Virus record (IMG/VR): IMGVR_UViG_3300013132_005788
Location: 5,329 to 69,328 of that record
From: a virus
Reading direction: 5' to 3' (one strand)
Length of the DNA stretch: 64,000 nt
Every line of letters begins with the position of its first letter. Position 1 is the stretch's first letter. The translations under genes and the position numbers were made by a program. The notes under the pieces were generated by a model. The model saw only the letters and a list, made by a program, of their open reading frames with translations. It had not been told where the DNA came from and did no database searches. Positions 1 through 10,423 of this stretch are shown one piece after another.

Positions 1-1290
1 CCTAGAGATGAGGCTAATTCATATTTCTCCGAAAATTCATTTTTCGATGGAACAACTGATAATCTCACTAAATATCTTAACGCGTCCGGCCCTTTTGGTC
101 CATCTGTTTCCTATAAAAGATCTAGGCTTGATGGAGTAGAACTTGATTTTTCTCCAACATCATACAAGCAGATTCAAAACTATGTGGGAATATCCACTAT
201 AGAGGAATGGAATGGAACCCCAATAACGAAATCGTTTGATTTTAATGCGGTTCTTATTTATTATGATGTGTATGATCCAAACAATGTTCAGGACTCAGCA
301 ACCAACTTGTATGGTATATTATTCTTAGGACCAGCTGAATCCATTTCTATAAACGCTGCAAGAATTCAATCATTTAAAAAATATAAGCCAGATCCAATAA
401 CCAAACTTAATGGTAATTCGTATGGATTAAAGCTTAATATAAAGTTTGATACTGATATAGAAAGCACGGGAGTTGAGCAGGCAATAAACGACTACTCATC
501 TTTCTCTCTTTCAATGTTTATGGACTCAGCTACTGTTCTACAGGAAGCTGCTAGAACCCTGAATGATCAAACTCTTGAAATTATCAGAATGAAAGAGAGA
601 ATGTCAGTACTGGAGGATTTAATTATTAACCAGGATGATAATACTGAGATCAGAAGTAGATTAGAGCTAGTCGAAAATTCTTTACAGGTTAATCAGGCTC
701 TTTTTGATAACACTCAGGATATTATGATTCTAATAGAAAGGAATTCTGATGATATTCAAAGCATATTGAATAATCAGACGTCCATTCAAATGAGTTATAA
801 TCTGGATCTTTTGAAATCCGGCATTGGTACTTTTGTTGATAGGTCCGTTCCGAACAGAGTGGCTGTAGATAGCACTACTCAGTCTTATAATTTTAATAGC
901 AATTCTATAATAACAATTAATCCTGTTTCCGGAAACACCTATGTGCTCCAACCATTCTCTAACTATATAAAACATAAAAACAACGGATTATCAATAACAG
1001 CAACTGGAGATATTATTATAAAAATAGACGATTCTGTAAATAAATGGAAAAAGGGACAGACCCTAAGGTTTTCTTTTGGTGATCAATTAGATCTAGGAAA
1101 CTATACCCTAGTTCTTCTTACAGATTCAACTGGTTTATACCCAATTGGAAACCCTGTCGGTAATCCATATTCAACGATAGTTACCTCATTCAATCAGAAT
1201 AATTTCGTAAATTCTGGATTTAAGCCAATCTTTGAAATTATATGTACGGATGATGTAAATCTTACTTTTGAAGTTGATCAAATAAAATAA
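1..1290 (+). CDS. Probable virion structural protein, 5'-truncated by the window edge
   Basis: Frame 1 is open from base 1, so the track start at 184 is internal; central coiled coil and beta-rich C-terminus; first of a run of large structural-type ORFs. Confidence 0.5.
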   Translation, partial: PRDEANSYFSENSFFDGTTDNLTKYLNASGPFGPSVSYKRSRLDGVELDFSPTSYKQIQNYVGISTIEEWNGTPITKSFDFNAVLIYYDVYDPNNVQDSATNLYGILFLGPAESISINAARIQSFKKYKPDPITKLNGNSYGLKLNIKFDTDIESTGVEQAINDYSSFSLSMFMDSATVLQEAARTLNDQTLEIIRMKERMSVLEDLIINQDDNTEIRSRLELVENSLQVNQALFDNTQDIMILIERNSDDIQSILNNQTSIQMSYNLDLLKSGIGTFVDRSVPNRVAVDSTTQSYNFNSNSIITINPVSGNTYVLQPFSNYIKHKNNGLSITATGDIIIKIDDSVNKWKKGQTLRFSFGDQLDLGNYTLVLLTDSTGLYPIGNPVGNPYSTIVTSFNQNNFVNSGFKPIFEIICTDDVNLTFEVDQIK

Positions 1291-1295
1291 AATAG

Positions 1296-4200
1296 ATGCC
1301 AAACACAAAGAATTCTATTTCATCGTTAATTGCACAGTTTTTAAGACTGCAGAAGAATTCTCTGGAGATAATTAATAAATTGTCAGAGATAACGACTTCT
1401 CCTAATGATAGCGTAGAAGTTGAGTTTATCAATGATAATAATACGGTAGAGTCCATACAAATTCCAAGCCTTGGATTTTTTAAGAATGAAATTAGGAGAC
1501 TAGATCAGAATATTATGGCTCTTTCAGGAATGGAAGATGCCACTGCTAACGTCAAAAAGCCTGATGGAACTGTAGCTAAAATCTATACTGCTTCACTTCT
1601 TAAAGATCCGGATGCTCCTTCATCTTTGCAGGTGCCTTCCACTTTTAAAACTAGAAATAATTGGTTTTTTGAAAGCTTTTTGAATCCTTTACTCTATGTT
1701 TCAATGAATGTGGAGAATCAAATACCAACTGATTGTAAGAAGGTAGTCGTCAGAAGAGTTATTGCCGATACCCAAACTGATGCGAAAAGAAATTATTTTG
1801 ACGCTAATTTAAAAGGAAGAAATGATCTCACCTACGATCAATATATTTCATCCCTAGCTGGCCAGGGTATAGGATACTTCATGGACGAAAGCATCGTCGA
1901 TCTTCCTTTACAGGTTATAAGATATAAGGGATCTTTTTCTATCTTAAGAATATTCGACGAAAAAACAACGCTAACTGTTGCAGGGAACACCCAGACTTCC
2001 ACCGTGAGAAAATATAAATTAGACACCCTTAGATATACGGACATTCTTTCTACTACTACCAATTCTAGAACATTGGTTCAGGGGGATTCTCTAATAACTC
2101 AGGATGGAACTAAATTTGAAATCACTGCGATAGACGCCACAGAATCAACTGTTATTCTAAAGAGAGTATTTGGATTTGGTGTCATACAAAATGGCGCAAA
2201 CTCGCTGTCAATTTACAGCAGTGCTCTTTCTCCGAGAACGGTTGATGTAAACGTTGGGCATGATGAGAGACAGGCAATTTTTATTAAAACAATTGAAGAT
2301 AAATTTAATGTTGCAGGAAGCTCGTTCAGCCCAGGTATTTGCATATGGACAAACGAATTAAGAATTAACACCTCAGAGGGAGTTAAAACGCTGGACGAGT
2401 TTTATAAAATGGAAGTTGCTGACTTCGGTCAACAATTTGTAGCATCCGCAAAAGAAAAATTAATTCCTTCCATTTATGGACAGGTACCTAATTCTCCTTC
2501 TCTTTCAACCAATAATTTTAAGGTTGTACAGATCAATAAACAGGTAACAGATTCCAAAGTAGCAGACACTTTTAAGCAGAAGATTCAGAGCAAAGTATCA
2601 TTAAAAAATGAGATTGAAGCTTTGGATAAGTCTATTGACACCGCTAAAAAGCAATTAAATGATCTTGTAACGGCTAATACTAGTGGGGCATCTAGCACAG
2701 AGTATCAAAAATTAAACTCTAAGATTGATCAGCTTACTAAGACAAAATCAACAAAGACTAATTTACTCTCTTCCACTATTACCGATTTAAACAATCTCGT
2801 TCAGACTGCACCAGAAATAAAGGAATCTCCAAAATATAGGATCAGGGGATTTTGGCCTATTCCTAGTTCAATAGAAGATCCTAAAACTGGGTCGCAGGAG
2901 ATAGTTCAATTTAGAGTTAGATATAGATATCTGAGCAAAGGTGGAAACACCCAGGGAACAGAAGAAATATCATTTGTCGATAATAACGGAAACGAGAAAA
3001 AAGGAGCATTTTCTAACTGGAACGAGTTCAAGACCGATATCAGGAAGAAAATTTTTGATGAAGCCACGGGAAAATATATTTGGAAGGTTGAAAACGTAGA
3101 AGATGCCGACACTCCAAACATAAATCAATTGGATATCCCTATCACTAAGGGAGAAAAAGTTGAGATCAAAGTTTCTTCCATATCGGAAGCTGGATGGCCT
3201 AATAATGCACTAGAATCTCCATTTTCAGAATCAGTAATAATTGATTTTCCTGATGATTTATCCGTTCAAATTGATAATGGATCCTTTCTTGCACAAAACA
3301 ATACGGACACAACACTGGTACAAATCCAACAGGATTTGGCAGCCAAAGGATTGGATACTCACTTATCTGGATCCTTTACCTCCGGCGACAAATATTATTC
3401 CCATTCCACAAGCTCTATAGCTTCTGGATTTTTTGATGCCTCCGGAAATGCAATAGATCTATTCCAAAAGCTCATTCAAATAGATCAGGAACTTTCATCA
3501 CTTAAAGCTCTTATCGCTAAGGCTAAAGGAACTCTCGGTGTTTATCTTAGACAGGGATCGAGTACCACTAAAATTAAAAACGGTAGCACTGTTTCACTCT
3601 TTGGCGGGTATTACGATGAGATCATCGATCTTACCAATCCTAGCAATAGGGGTAAAATTGCCACTGTTATCTATTATTTGGAAATCCGAAATGATGCCGC
3701 AACTCCATTAGAACTTGCCTCATTGATTCCAGGTGGACAATCTTTGCCAGCACCTGAATTTCTTCCTGTTCCTAATAATGACTACGACACAAACAGGAAA
3801 TATGGATTGACACCAATCCAGTTGACCGGAACTACAACAGGAAAAATATCTGATTCTGCTTCATCAACTGTTGATTATGTACAAAGGCCACCATTTCAGA
3901 GCGTAAATGCTAATTCTCAATTTGTTTATACCAGATATAAGTCAGTTGGATTAAACGAGGATCTTTATTTTGGGCAATTGAATACAAGCTCATGGACATT
4001 GGCTTCGGGAGAATCAGGACTATATCCTATAGCATCTAATGGCCTACTTATACCATTTACTCCAACATCGGGAGCTATTCCCGGATCTGCAAATCCTAGT
4101 ATATGGGACGGAACCTATACAGGAACAACACCTGATGGCGGTGGAAAATTAAATGAATTTTGTATACATGTTGGCCACCCGGAAATAGCTGGTGGCAGTC

Positions 4201-4832
4201 CTTCATTTGAATCACTAATAAGGCCTACACCTTCTGGATCAACACCCAATTTCACGCTTACTTTTTATCCGGCATTTAGACATGCTCTGGGATTCGAATT
4301 GGATGCTGCTTCAACAATTTCCGCAGCTAACCAGGGAAACCAAGTTTCTAGCATCCAACAAATAGAATATATTAAACCAGATTTTTATGATACTACCACC
4401 TTTAGTACCTCTGATCCAAGTGATTCCACAGATCGAATGTTTCCCTCTAAACTTGGATTTCTAAATAGCGATGAATTTTTGGTCGGAAAATATTCCTGCG
4501 GATCTTATTTATATCTTGCACCCAAAGATCATGCCTCCATACAAGTAGAAGGATCTACTTCCCTTGCCAAAAGAACTTTAGAATTTGGCGAACAAAATGC
4601 CATAGTGGTTCCGGTGGTTTTCCAGTTTAGAGCTCAGGACAAATTAGGATTTATAGGTGGATTTAGAACAGCGGGTACCCTAAAAAACGTAACCTATACT
4701 AAAAAAATAGGAATAGACATCCAAGTTAAAAACGAGGATCTATTCTCATTTGACATTCTATCATCTGGAAGCTATACTAGAACATCGCTTGTTTCACCTG
4801 CATATACACAATCGATAAATACAGTAAGCTAA
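1296..4832 (+). CDS. Large putative virion/baseplate structural protein (1178 aa)
   Basis: Long S/T/N-rich, beta-rich ORF with internal coiled coils, no enzyme motifs, in the structural cluster. Confidence 0.45.
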   Translation: MPNTKNSISSLIAQFLRLQKNSLEIINKLSEITTSPNDSVEVEFINDNNTVESIQIPSLGFFKNEIRRLDQNIMALSGMEDATANVKKPDGTVAKIYTASLLKDPDAPSSLQVPSTFKTRNNWFFESFLNPLLYVSMNVENQIPTDCKKVVVRRVIADTQTDAKRNYFDANLKGRNDLTYDQYISSLAGQGIGYFMDESIVDLPLQVIRYKGSFSILRIFDEKTTLTVAGNTQTSTVRKYKLDTLRYTDILSTTTNSRTLVQGDSLITQDGTKFEITAIDATESTVILKRVFGFGVIQNGANSLSIYSSALSPRTVDVNVGHDERQAIFIKTIEDKFNVAGSSFSPGICIWTNELRINTSEGVKTLDEFYKMEVADFGQQFVASAKEKLIPSIYGQVPNSPSLSTNNFKVVQINKQVTDSKVADTFKQKIQSKVSLKNEIEALDKSIDTAKKQLNDLVTANTSGASSTEYQKLNSKIDQLTKTKSTKTNLLSSTITDLNNLVQTAPEIKESPKYRIRGFWPIPSSIEDPKTGSQEIVQFRVRYRYLSKGGNTQGTEEISFVDNNGNEKKGAFSNWNEFKTDIRKKIFDEATGKYIWKVENVEDADTPNINQLDIPITKGEKVEIKVSSISEAGWPNNALESPFSESVIIDFPDDLSVQIDNGSFLAQNNTDTTLVQIQQDLAAKGLDTHLSGSFTSGDKYYSHSTSSIASGFFDASGNAIDLFQKLIQIDQELSSLKALIAKAKGTLGVYLRQGSSTTKIKNGSTVSLFGGYYDEIIDLTNPSNRGKIATVIYYLEIRNDAATPLELASLIPGGQSLPAPEFLPVPNNDYDTNRKYGLTPIQLTGTTTGKISDSASSTVDYVQRPPFQSVNANSQFVYTRYKSVGLNEDLYFGQLNTSSWTLASGESGLYPIASNGLLIPFTPTSGAIPGSANPSIWDGTYTGTTPDGGGKLNEFCIHVGHPEIAGGSPSFESLIRPTPSGSTPNFTLTFYPAFRHALGFELDAASTISAANQGNQVSSIQQIEYIKPDFYDTTTFSTSDPSDSTDRMFPSKLGFLNSDEFLVGKYSCGSYLYLAPKDHASIQVEGSTSLAKRTLEFGEQNAIVVPVVFQFRAQDKLGFIGGFRTAGTLKNVTYTKKIGIDIQVKNEDLFSFDILSSGSYTRTSLVSPAYTQSINTVS

Positions 4833-4843
4833 TATAGATCTCA

Positions 4844-7800
4844 GTGGTAAAGAAAATTTTTAAACAGAATTCTTCATTCGGAGTTTTAAGAGCAAACCCC
4901 AAAATTTCCGGAAACGTCAAGATATCTACGGATTCTAGAGGAGATATTTGGCTCAATTCTATCGATTCAAACGAGGAAATGAGTAAGTCTCAATATAAGG
5001 CCTTTAGAATTTCTCCAGATTCATCATATAATCTAGATCTCTATAATTTCTTCAATAAGGGAGAAACACCAGTGGATTTTGTTTTTGGTATAAAAAACGA
5101 GATTTCACCACAGAAAACTCAGGTAAACGATCCTAATTTAATTTATGATTTCACCTATGCAACAGGAGTTGAGCCTCTTATATCTGATAAATATGATGAG
5201 GATTTTAGATATCTAGCTCCCCTATGGATGGGTGGAGATATACCTGAATATTTTGTGATATTTAGATTGTCAGATCCTATTGATTACTCTTATTCTGTTC
5301 CCGTTTCTTCGCTTGTAATTGGTAACTCATACAAAGTTGTACAAAATATAAATGTTGACGCGACAGCCACTGGATATGTTCCATATTCGATTACCTCTGG
5401 TTCTATTATTTATAATGATGGACAGACCTTTGTTGCCTCCTCTACAACATTCTCGGAAAATGGAGGAGTTGGCAATGTCATTTTACTAGATCCACTTTTT
5501 AATCTCTCCAATGTAGAGGATCCTTCGAGTCATTTTTTAGAAAAAATTCTTCCAAAAGCAACCATAGTTGCTACATATGACATGGGAGAGTCATCAAAAT
5601 TAGGAAAATACCTAAGGGGAATAAAAAACTCTAGAGAATATTCCGAATCAATGATAGATGTTAAATTTGAGGAGAACCTTCTGACTACATATAATGGAGT
5701 CAATTATCAGAGAGGAATATTTGATAAAAAAGGAGAATATTTTTATGGTTATGCGTCGGATCCTAAATCCCAGATAGAATTTGAGGAATATGTGACAAAT
5801 GGATTTCAGAGAAATGGAATTATTGGATCCAAACTATTGAATCTTGAGTTCTTTTTTGATGACGAGCAGTCCAACCTTTTTAGCATTAATAGATACTTTG
5901 GACTTTATGTGAATGCAATAGATCTGGGCAAATTTAAGCTCGATGGCAATGCTCTTTATAGAGACAACGGAAACTCGGGAAACACTCCGATTCCAAGTAT
6001 GAACAACAAGGGATATTATAAAAATTCGGAAGATTACTATCAGTATAATGAGAACGGAGTAAGACTCTTTATAAATTCAGAAGACGCATTTGGATTTATT
6101 CCTAGCTCCGATGACGCCAATGTTCTAGAAGACACCAAGCTATTCTATATTCAGAATAAAAATGGGGAATTTCATTCTCTTAAGAGAGATTTCGATTATA
6201 GCTCATCATCCCCACGACCATTTCATAGTTCATATGGAATACCTGGATATGAAAATCAATTAGTTTTACAGGATATAAAGGTAAATCTAGGTGATTTTAC
6301 GGGCGGAGATCCAACAACCAGAAAACAGTACCCAGCGGGACAAACCGGTGAAAAGGGGAGATCACATTTTGTTATTAGAGTTGGGGGACAGCTATCGAAC
6401 ACAAATTCAGATTCTTTTATATTTTATCATCCTTTGGGATCCTTGGGAATTCCTGGTGAGAGATATGATATTTTTCTCGCTTCTGATATGTCTTCTGTTA
6501 TCGATGAATGGGGCCCAGGAAGTTATTATTCTGAATCCGGAGCTTATTATTTCCATCCATTTGGTACCAATGAACAAATTGCTTCTTCTGTCGCTGGATT
6601 AATAAACGCATATAAATATAATTCATTCGAAGCATTTTCGGACGGAGACGAAGTAGCCATCAGAATCAAGGCAACAGGGTTGAGCCAGAACAATTTATAT
6701 GCTCTGGATTTCTTCCAAAATTTCTCCACACTGACGAGAATGCCCGATACCAGAAGGGGAGTTATATTCTTCAATGATGATGATGTTGCCGATATAAACT
6801 CAAAGAGGATTTTCATTGGTGGATCGGATTACCCTAAGATTCGGGTTAAAATGAAGATAGAGGATTCAAGAAAGATTATTCCCGGAAAAACTTACGTAGA
6901 AACCGATCTTGGTATTTCCAAAGTGTCGGGAGTTTATAGATTTGTTGATCAATACTCTATCAGAAGGGGTGAAATTTTAGGTCTCAAGGATTTCAAAACG
7001 CATGCAACGGTAGAACTTTCGGATTTTACCCATAAGGCTTCTTTTGGTGAAGGATTAATATCAGCATATGAAATATATGAGATTCCAACGGGATTATTCT
7101 CTTTTCTTGGACTTAGAGAAGTTGATATGGATTTTTGGAGTAGTGATTATGGATACACACCAACCGAAGAGTATTACAAATATCTAGACGCTCAGCCTGA
7201 TGGAAAATCTCTAATTGTTCCTGGAGTAACTTATTTCGTTACCGACGGAACAGTGATAAATTATAATAGCTCAGTTATAACCGGACCGGATTTTTTTGAA
7301 GGAGTTGTGGGTGTAGAAAGCTATTCCTTAATAACTCAATCATCCGTTTCTGAAGTTGGAGTTATACCAACCAGATTTACGAGAAATAGTCCAACACAAA
7401 ACACAATTGCATCACCCTCCCTTTTTGATGGAAACATCTATCCTGATTTGGATAAATTCCCGGGTTTTTATGGTGTACAGGATTTTAAATTTTACGATGA
7501 TTCTCTAGCCATTACTAAAAAATATGATCAGATGTTTTTTGGTAAATTAGATTCTGAATATGAATACACTAAGGATAATTATTTAAAAGAGTATGTCCTT
7601 AAAAGTAGGATAGAACCATACATTACAAAATGGGCCTTGAATGGAGGGACAGACGCCAGAGGAAACGGATACAGATTAAATTCAAATTCAGCTTTTAGCC
7701 CTTTGAATTTTTCCCCTAGTTTTTTTAGAAGAACCCAGGATCCCAAGTATTTTACTCATGAATGGTACACCTTACAGACTCCCCCAGAGATTCTGCCCGA

Positions 7801-10381
7801 GGAGAATATGCACAAGGATAAATCCTATGGATCTTCCCTCTTTTCACTAACTGATATTAAAGATGCAGACCCTAATAGAAGAGATTATTTCGTGGATTAT
7901 TTTGTTCAGGAAGGTGAGGATTTTGTGTCTTTTTATCCTAATTCATCCACGATAGAGAATGTCAATTTAACTGAGAGATTTACTTTTATTAAATTCAATG
8001 ATGAGTCTGGATTTTGTGAAACCCTTTTCAGAGGAGCAAGAGTTAAATTCAAAAGGAAGTTAGAAAATTTTACTGGAGAACAGGGAGCTAAGTTTTTCAC
8101 AGATGACAAATTTTTCGACGGATATAAATTTTCTTGTATTTTAAAGGTTATTCAAAATATAGACGACCAGATCCAGACTCCCACTAAGCTTAGAATAATT
8201 GAAAACAGAACTTTCAAGACGATCACATTTGTTGCTGAGGTTCTTATCGATGAGCTAAGAGCAGAGAATCTGTACGACTCCAGTCCAGCCCAAATGGGAG
8301 CTCTTGACTATTTTCTGCTATATTCGTTAACCGATAAATTGAAAAGGAGCGATGTCTCCTATTCCTCCCCATCATTTATTCAATTACCTGTAATAGGGGA
8401 TGTCAAATTAAGCTGCGGGTTAAACATAACTTTCATCCCCACAACGGGTGGTCAGGTTTCCAATGTTAACTCCGGTACTCCTCTTGATAACGGTAAGATA
8501 TACATAGTTGAAAATCCTGATTACGATGTGGACCTTAGAGAGGAGATTTTACTTGTTTATCCTAAAACTACTTTGCCCTCTACTGTTTCATCGACCGGAC
8601 CGGGATCTTTCTATGGAATCCCATCTTTTAGTGGTACATATACCCTTCCTTGGCCAACCGGAGTACAGCAGGATGTGTTGAACTTTAGAGAAACCGAGCC
8701 AGCATACTTCTTTGATTTTTCAGCGATAGGATATACCGCTCCGCAGGACGTCCCCGTTCCAGCGAGTTATCCGACTATATCCCAAATCCCTATCTATCAG
8801 GTTGAGGGAGGTTTAGGGCATATGAAGCCATTGATGGAGAAGCTTTCTTTTGCTAGTATCTCGATTCAGGTCAATACGGAGAATCCATTTATAGAATATA
8901 CCACATGCGTTTGGAACGAGGCTTCACAGTCTACGAATCAGCTACCAAATAAATTTAACCTTGAGTTTTCTAGTCCTTCCTTAATAGAACAAAACACCTA
9001 TGCTATTCCTCGTTTAGACGCAAATAAGCCATCCGAACTAAATGTTCAAGATATTGGATATACCATCAATAAAATAAGCGCTAGAACTGAATTATATAGG
9101 TATGGCGGAGGCTATAATCCTATCTTTAGAGATGTTCTTAAGTTTGAAAGAACCAAGACGGATTATTTATTATCTTATGTTCCAAACGGAACAACATTTA
9201 ATGTGAAATTCGATACTAAAAGCACGGAAAACGATCTTTATGATCTGGGATCAACTAAATGTTTTTGGATTGATGATGTGGAGGCGGATGATATAAATCT
9301 CATAAGAGGAAACACATATTATTTCGATCTCAGCGATCCGTCCAATGTCGGGAATCTTCTTTATTTCTCAGACTCTGAGATAGGATCTGGAATATCTGGA
9401 AGTTTCATAACGTATGGATACACTTCATCCGGAAATCCTGGATCCCCATCTTCTTATGTTTCCCTGTACGTTGGATATAATTTACCGGATGAAATATTTT
9501 ACGTTTCTGCAGGATCTAAATATGCGGGAGGAAAAATTAACATCATAGATCCGTTGCATTATGCTCAGACTTCTTTTGGTCCTCATAAGGACAATTTTGG
9601 AGTGGTTAAAAATGTAAACTATAATAAGTATTCACTCAGCTATATTTTTGCTATATCACAGAATTCATCATATTCTCTGGTCTATCCTCTAGTTAATCAA
9701 ACTCCTATAGATAAAAGAGATCTTTCGCTCTTTTTGAGTTCTTGGGATCCTGGTTTTATTCGCGAATATGTGAATTCCTCCAACTATAATTCTCTGCCGG
9801 GAACCAGAAGTATGAAGGAATCTAAAAGCTTCTTTGGCAGCAAAATTATGAAAACACCAGAGCTGTTCACCCAATCAAAACAGAATCTATATGGAACACC
9901 GGTTATAGATGTGTTAAATCAGGATCCTGCTAATTTCCCATCCTATGAAATACTATTCGAGGAAACTCTCGATGAGATCAGAGGAATTGTATTGCTGGAT
10001 AGAATGCTAGTGAGATTCTTTAATGAAAATGGGGCGGATAAAATATTCGAAAAGATTATAATTCCTGAATTTGGATTTGGATCATTAAGCACTGTTTCTG
10101 ATGATGTTGAGGAATATATTTCTCAGAACATTATTCAAACCTACGAAGCTAAAGAGTTAAGGGCTTATGTGAGAAAAATTCCAATTGCCAATGCAGCAAC
10201 TAATCCTTATGGAGCTGTTGTTGCTAACCTTGCAGATTATGAGAAGGTTGTAAATGGATTTATACCTACGGCTGATGCAAGATTTGTTAAAAGAACAGAA
10301 CGGGTTTATGAATTCTATTTGACCAAGGATCCGTCTTTTGATTACTCCATAGCATTTTCTTTTCAAATTGGAAAAATTTAG
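4844..10381 (+). CDS. Very large putative virion/baseplate structural protein (1845 aa, GTG start)
   Basis: Contains the LIRGNTYYFDLSDPSN...GNPG..S.YV module typical of T4-like virion structural proteins. Confidence 0.5.
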   Translation: MVKKIFKQNSSFGVLRANPKISGNVKISTDSRGDIWLNSIDSNEEMSKSQYKAFRISPDSSYNLDLYNFFNKGETPVDFVFGIKNEISPQKTQVNDPNLIYDFTYATGVEPLISDKYDEDFRYLAPLWMGGDIPEYFVIFRLSDPIDYSYSVPVSSLVIGNSYKVVQNINVDATATGYVPYSITSGSIIYNDGQTFVASSTTFSENGGVGNVILLDPLFNLSNVEDPSSHFLEKILPKATIVATYDMGESSKLGKYLRGIKNSREYSESMIDVKFEENLLTTYNGVNYQRGIFDKKGEYFYGYASDPKSQIEFEEYVTNGFQRNGIIGSKLLNLEFFFDDEQSNLFSINRYFGLYVNAIDLGKFKLDGNALYRDNGNSGNTPIPSMNNKGYYKNSEDYYQYNENGVRLFINSEDAFGFIPSSDDANVLEDTKLFYIQNKNGEFHSLKRDFDYSSSSPRPFHSSYGIPGYENQLVLQDIKVNLGDFTGGDPTTRKQYPAGQTGEKGRSHFVIRVGGQLSNTNSDSFIFYHPLGSLGIPGERYDIFLASDMSSVIDEWGPGSYYSESGAYYFHPFGTNEQIASSVAGLINAYKYNSFEAFSDGDEVAIRIKATGLSQNNLYALDFFQNFSTLTRMPDTRRGVIFFNDDDVADINSKRIFIGGSDYPKIRVKMKIEDSRKIIPGKTYVETDLGISKVSGVYRFVDQYSIRRGEILGLKDFKTHATVELSDFTHKASFGEGLISAYEIYEIPTGLFSFLGLREVDMDFWSSDYGYTPTEEYYKYLDAQPDGKSLIVPGVTYFVTDGTVINYNSSVITGPDFFEGVVGVESYSLITQSSVSEVGVIPTRFTRNSPTQNTIASPSLFDGNIYPDLDKFPGFYGVQDFKFYDDSLAITKKYDQMFFGKLDSEYEYTKDNYLKEYVLKSRIEPYITKWALNGGTDARGNGYRLNSNSAFSPLNFSPSFFRRTQDPKYFTHEWYTLQTPPEILPEENMHKDKSYGSSLFSLTDIKDADPNRRDYFVDYFVQEGEDFVSFYPNSSTIENVNLTERFTFIKFNDESGFCETLFRGARVKFKRKLENFTGEQGAKFFTDDKFFDGYKFSCILKVIQNIDDQIQTPTKLRIIENRTFKTITFVAEVLIDELRAENLYDSSPAQMGALDYFLLYSLTDKLKRSDVSYSSPSFIQLPVIGDVKLSCGLNITFIPTTGGQVSNVNSGTPLDNGKIYIVENPDYDVDLREEILLVYPKTTLPSTVSSTGPGSFYGIPSFSGTYTLPWPTGVQQDVLNFRETEPAYFFDFSAIGYTAPQDVPVPASYPTISQIPIYQVEGGLGHMKPLMEKLSFASISIQVNTENPFIEYTTCVWNEASQSTNQLPNKFNLEFSSPSLIEQNTYAIPRLDANKPSELNVQDIGYTINKISARTELYRYGGGYNPIFRDVLKFERTKTDYLLSYVPNGTTFNVKFDTKSTENDLYDLGSTKCFWIDDVEADDINLIRGNTYYFDLSDPSNVGNLLYFSDSEIGSGISGSFITYGYTSSGNPGSPSSYVSLYVGYNLPDEIFYVSAGSKYAGGKINIIDPLHYAQTSFGPHKDNFGVVKNVNYNKYSLSYIFAISQNSSYSLVYPLVNQTPIDKRDLSLFLSSWDPGFIREYVNSSNYNSLPGTRSMKESKSFFGSKIMKTPELFTQSKQNLYGTPVIDVLNQDPANFPSYEILFEETLDEIRGIVLLDRMLVRFFNENGADKIFEKIIIPEFGFGSLSTVSDDVEEYISQNIIQTYEAKELRAYVRKIPIANAATNPYGAVVANLADYEKVVNGFIPTADARFVKRTERVYEFYLTKDPSFDYSIAFSFQIGKI

Positions 10382-10397
10382 GAGAGGTTGAAAATCT

Positions 10398-10405
10398 GAT
10401 ATATA
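10398..10405 (+). promoter_or_regulatory. Putative late promoter GATATATA
   Basis: Exact octamer that recurs upstream of structural and leader-bearing genes. Confidence 0.65.
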
Positions 10406-10423
10406 AATGAACTAAAAGAAGAG

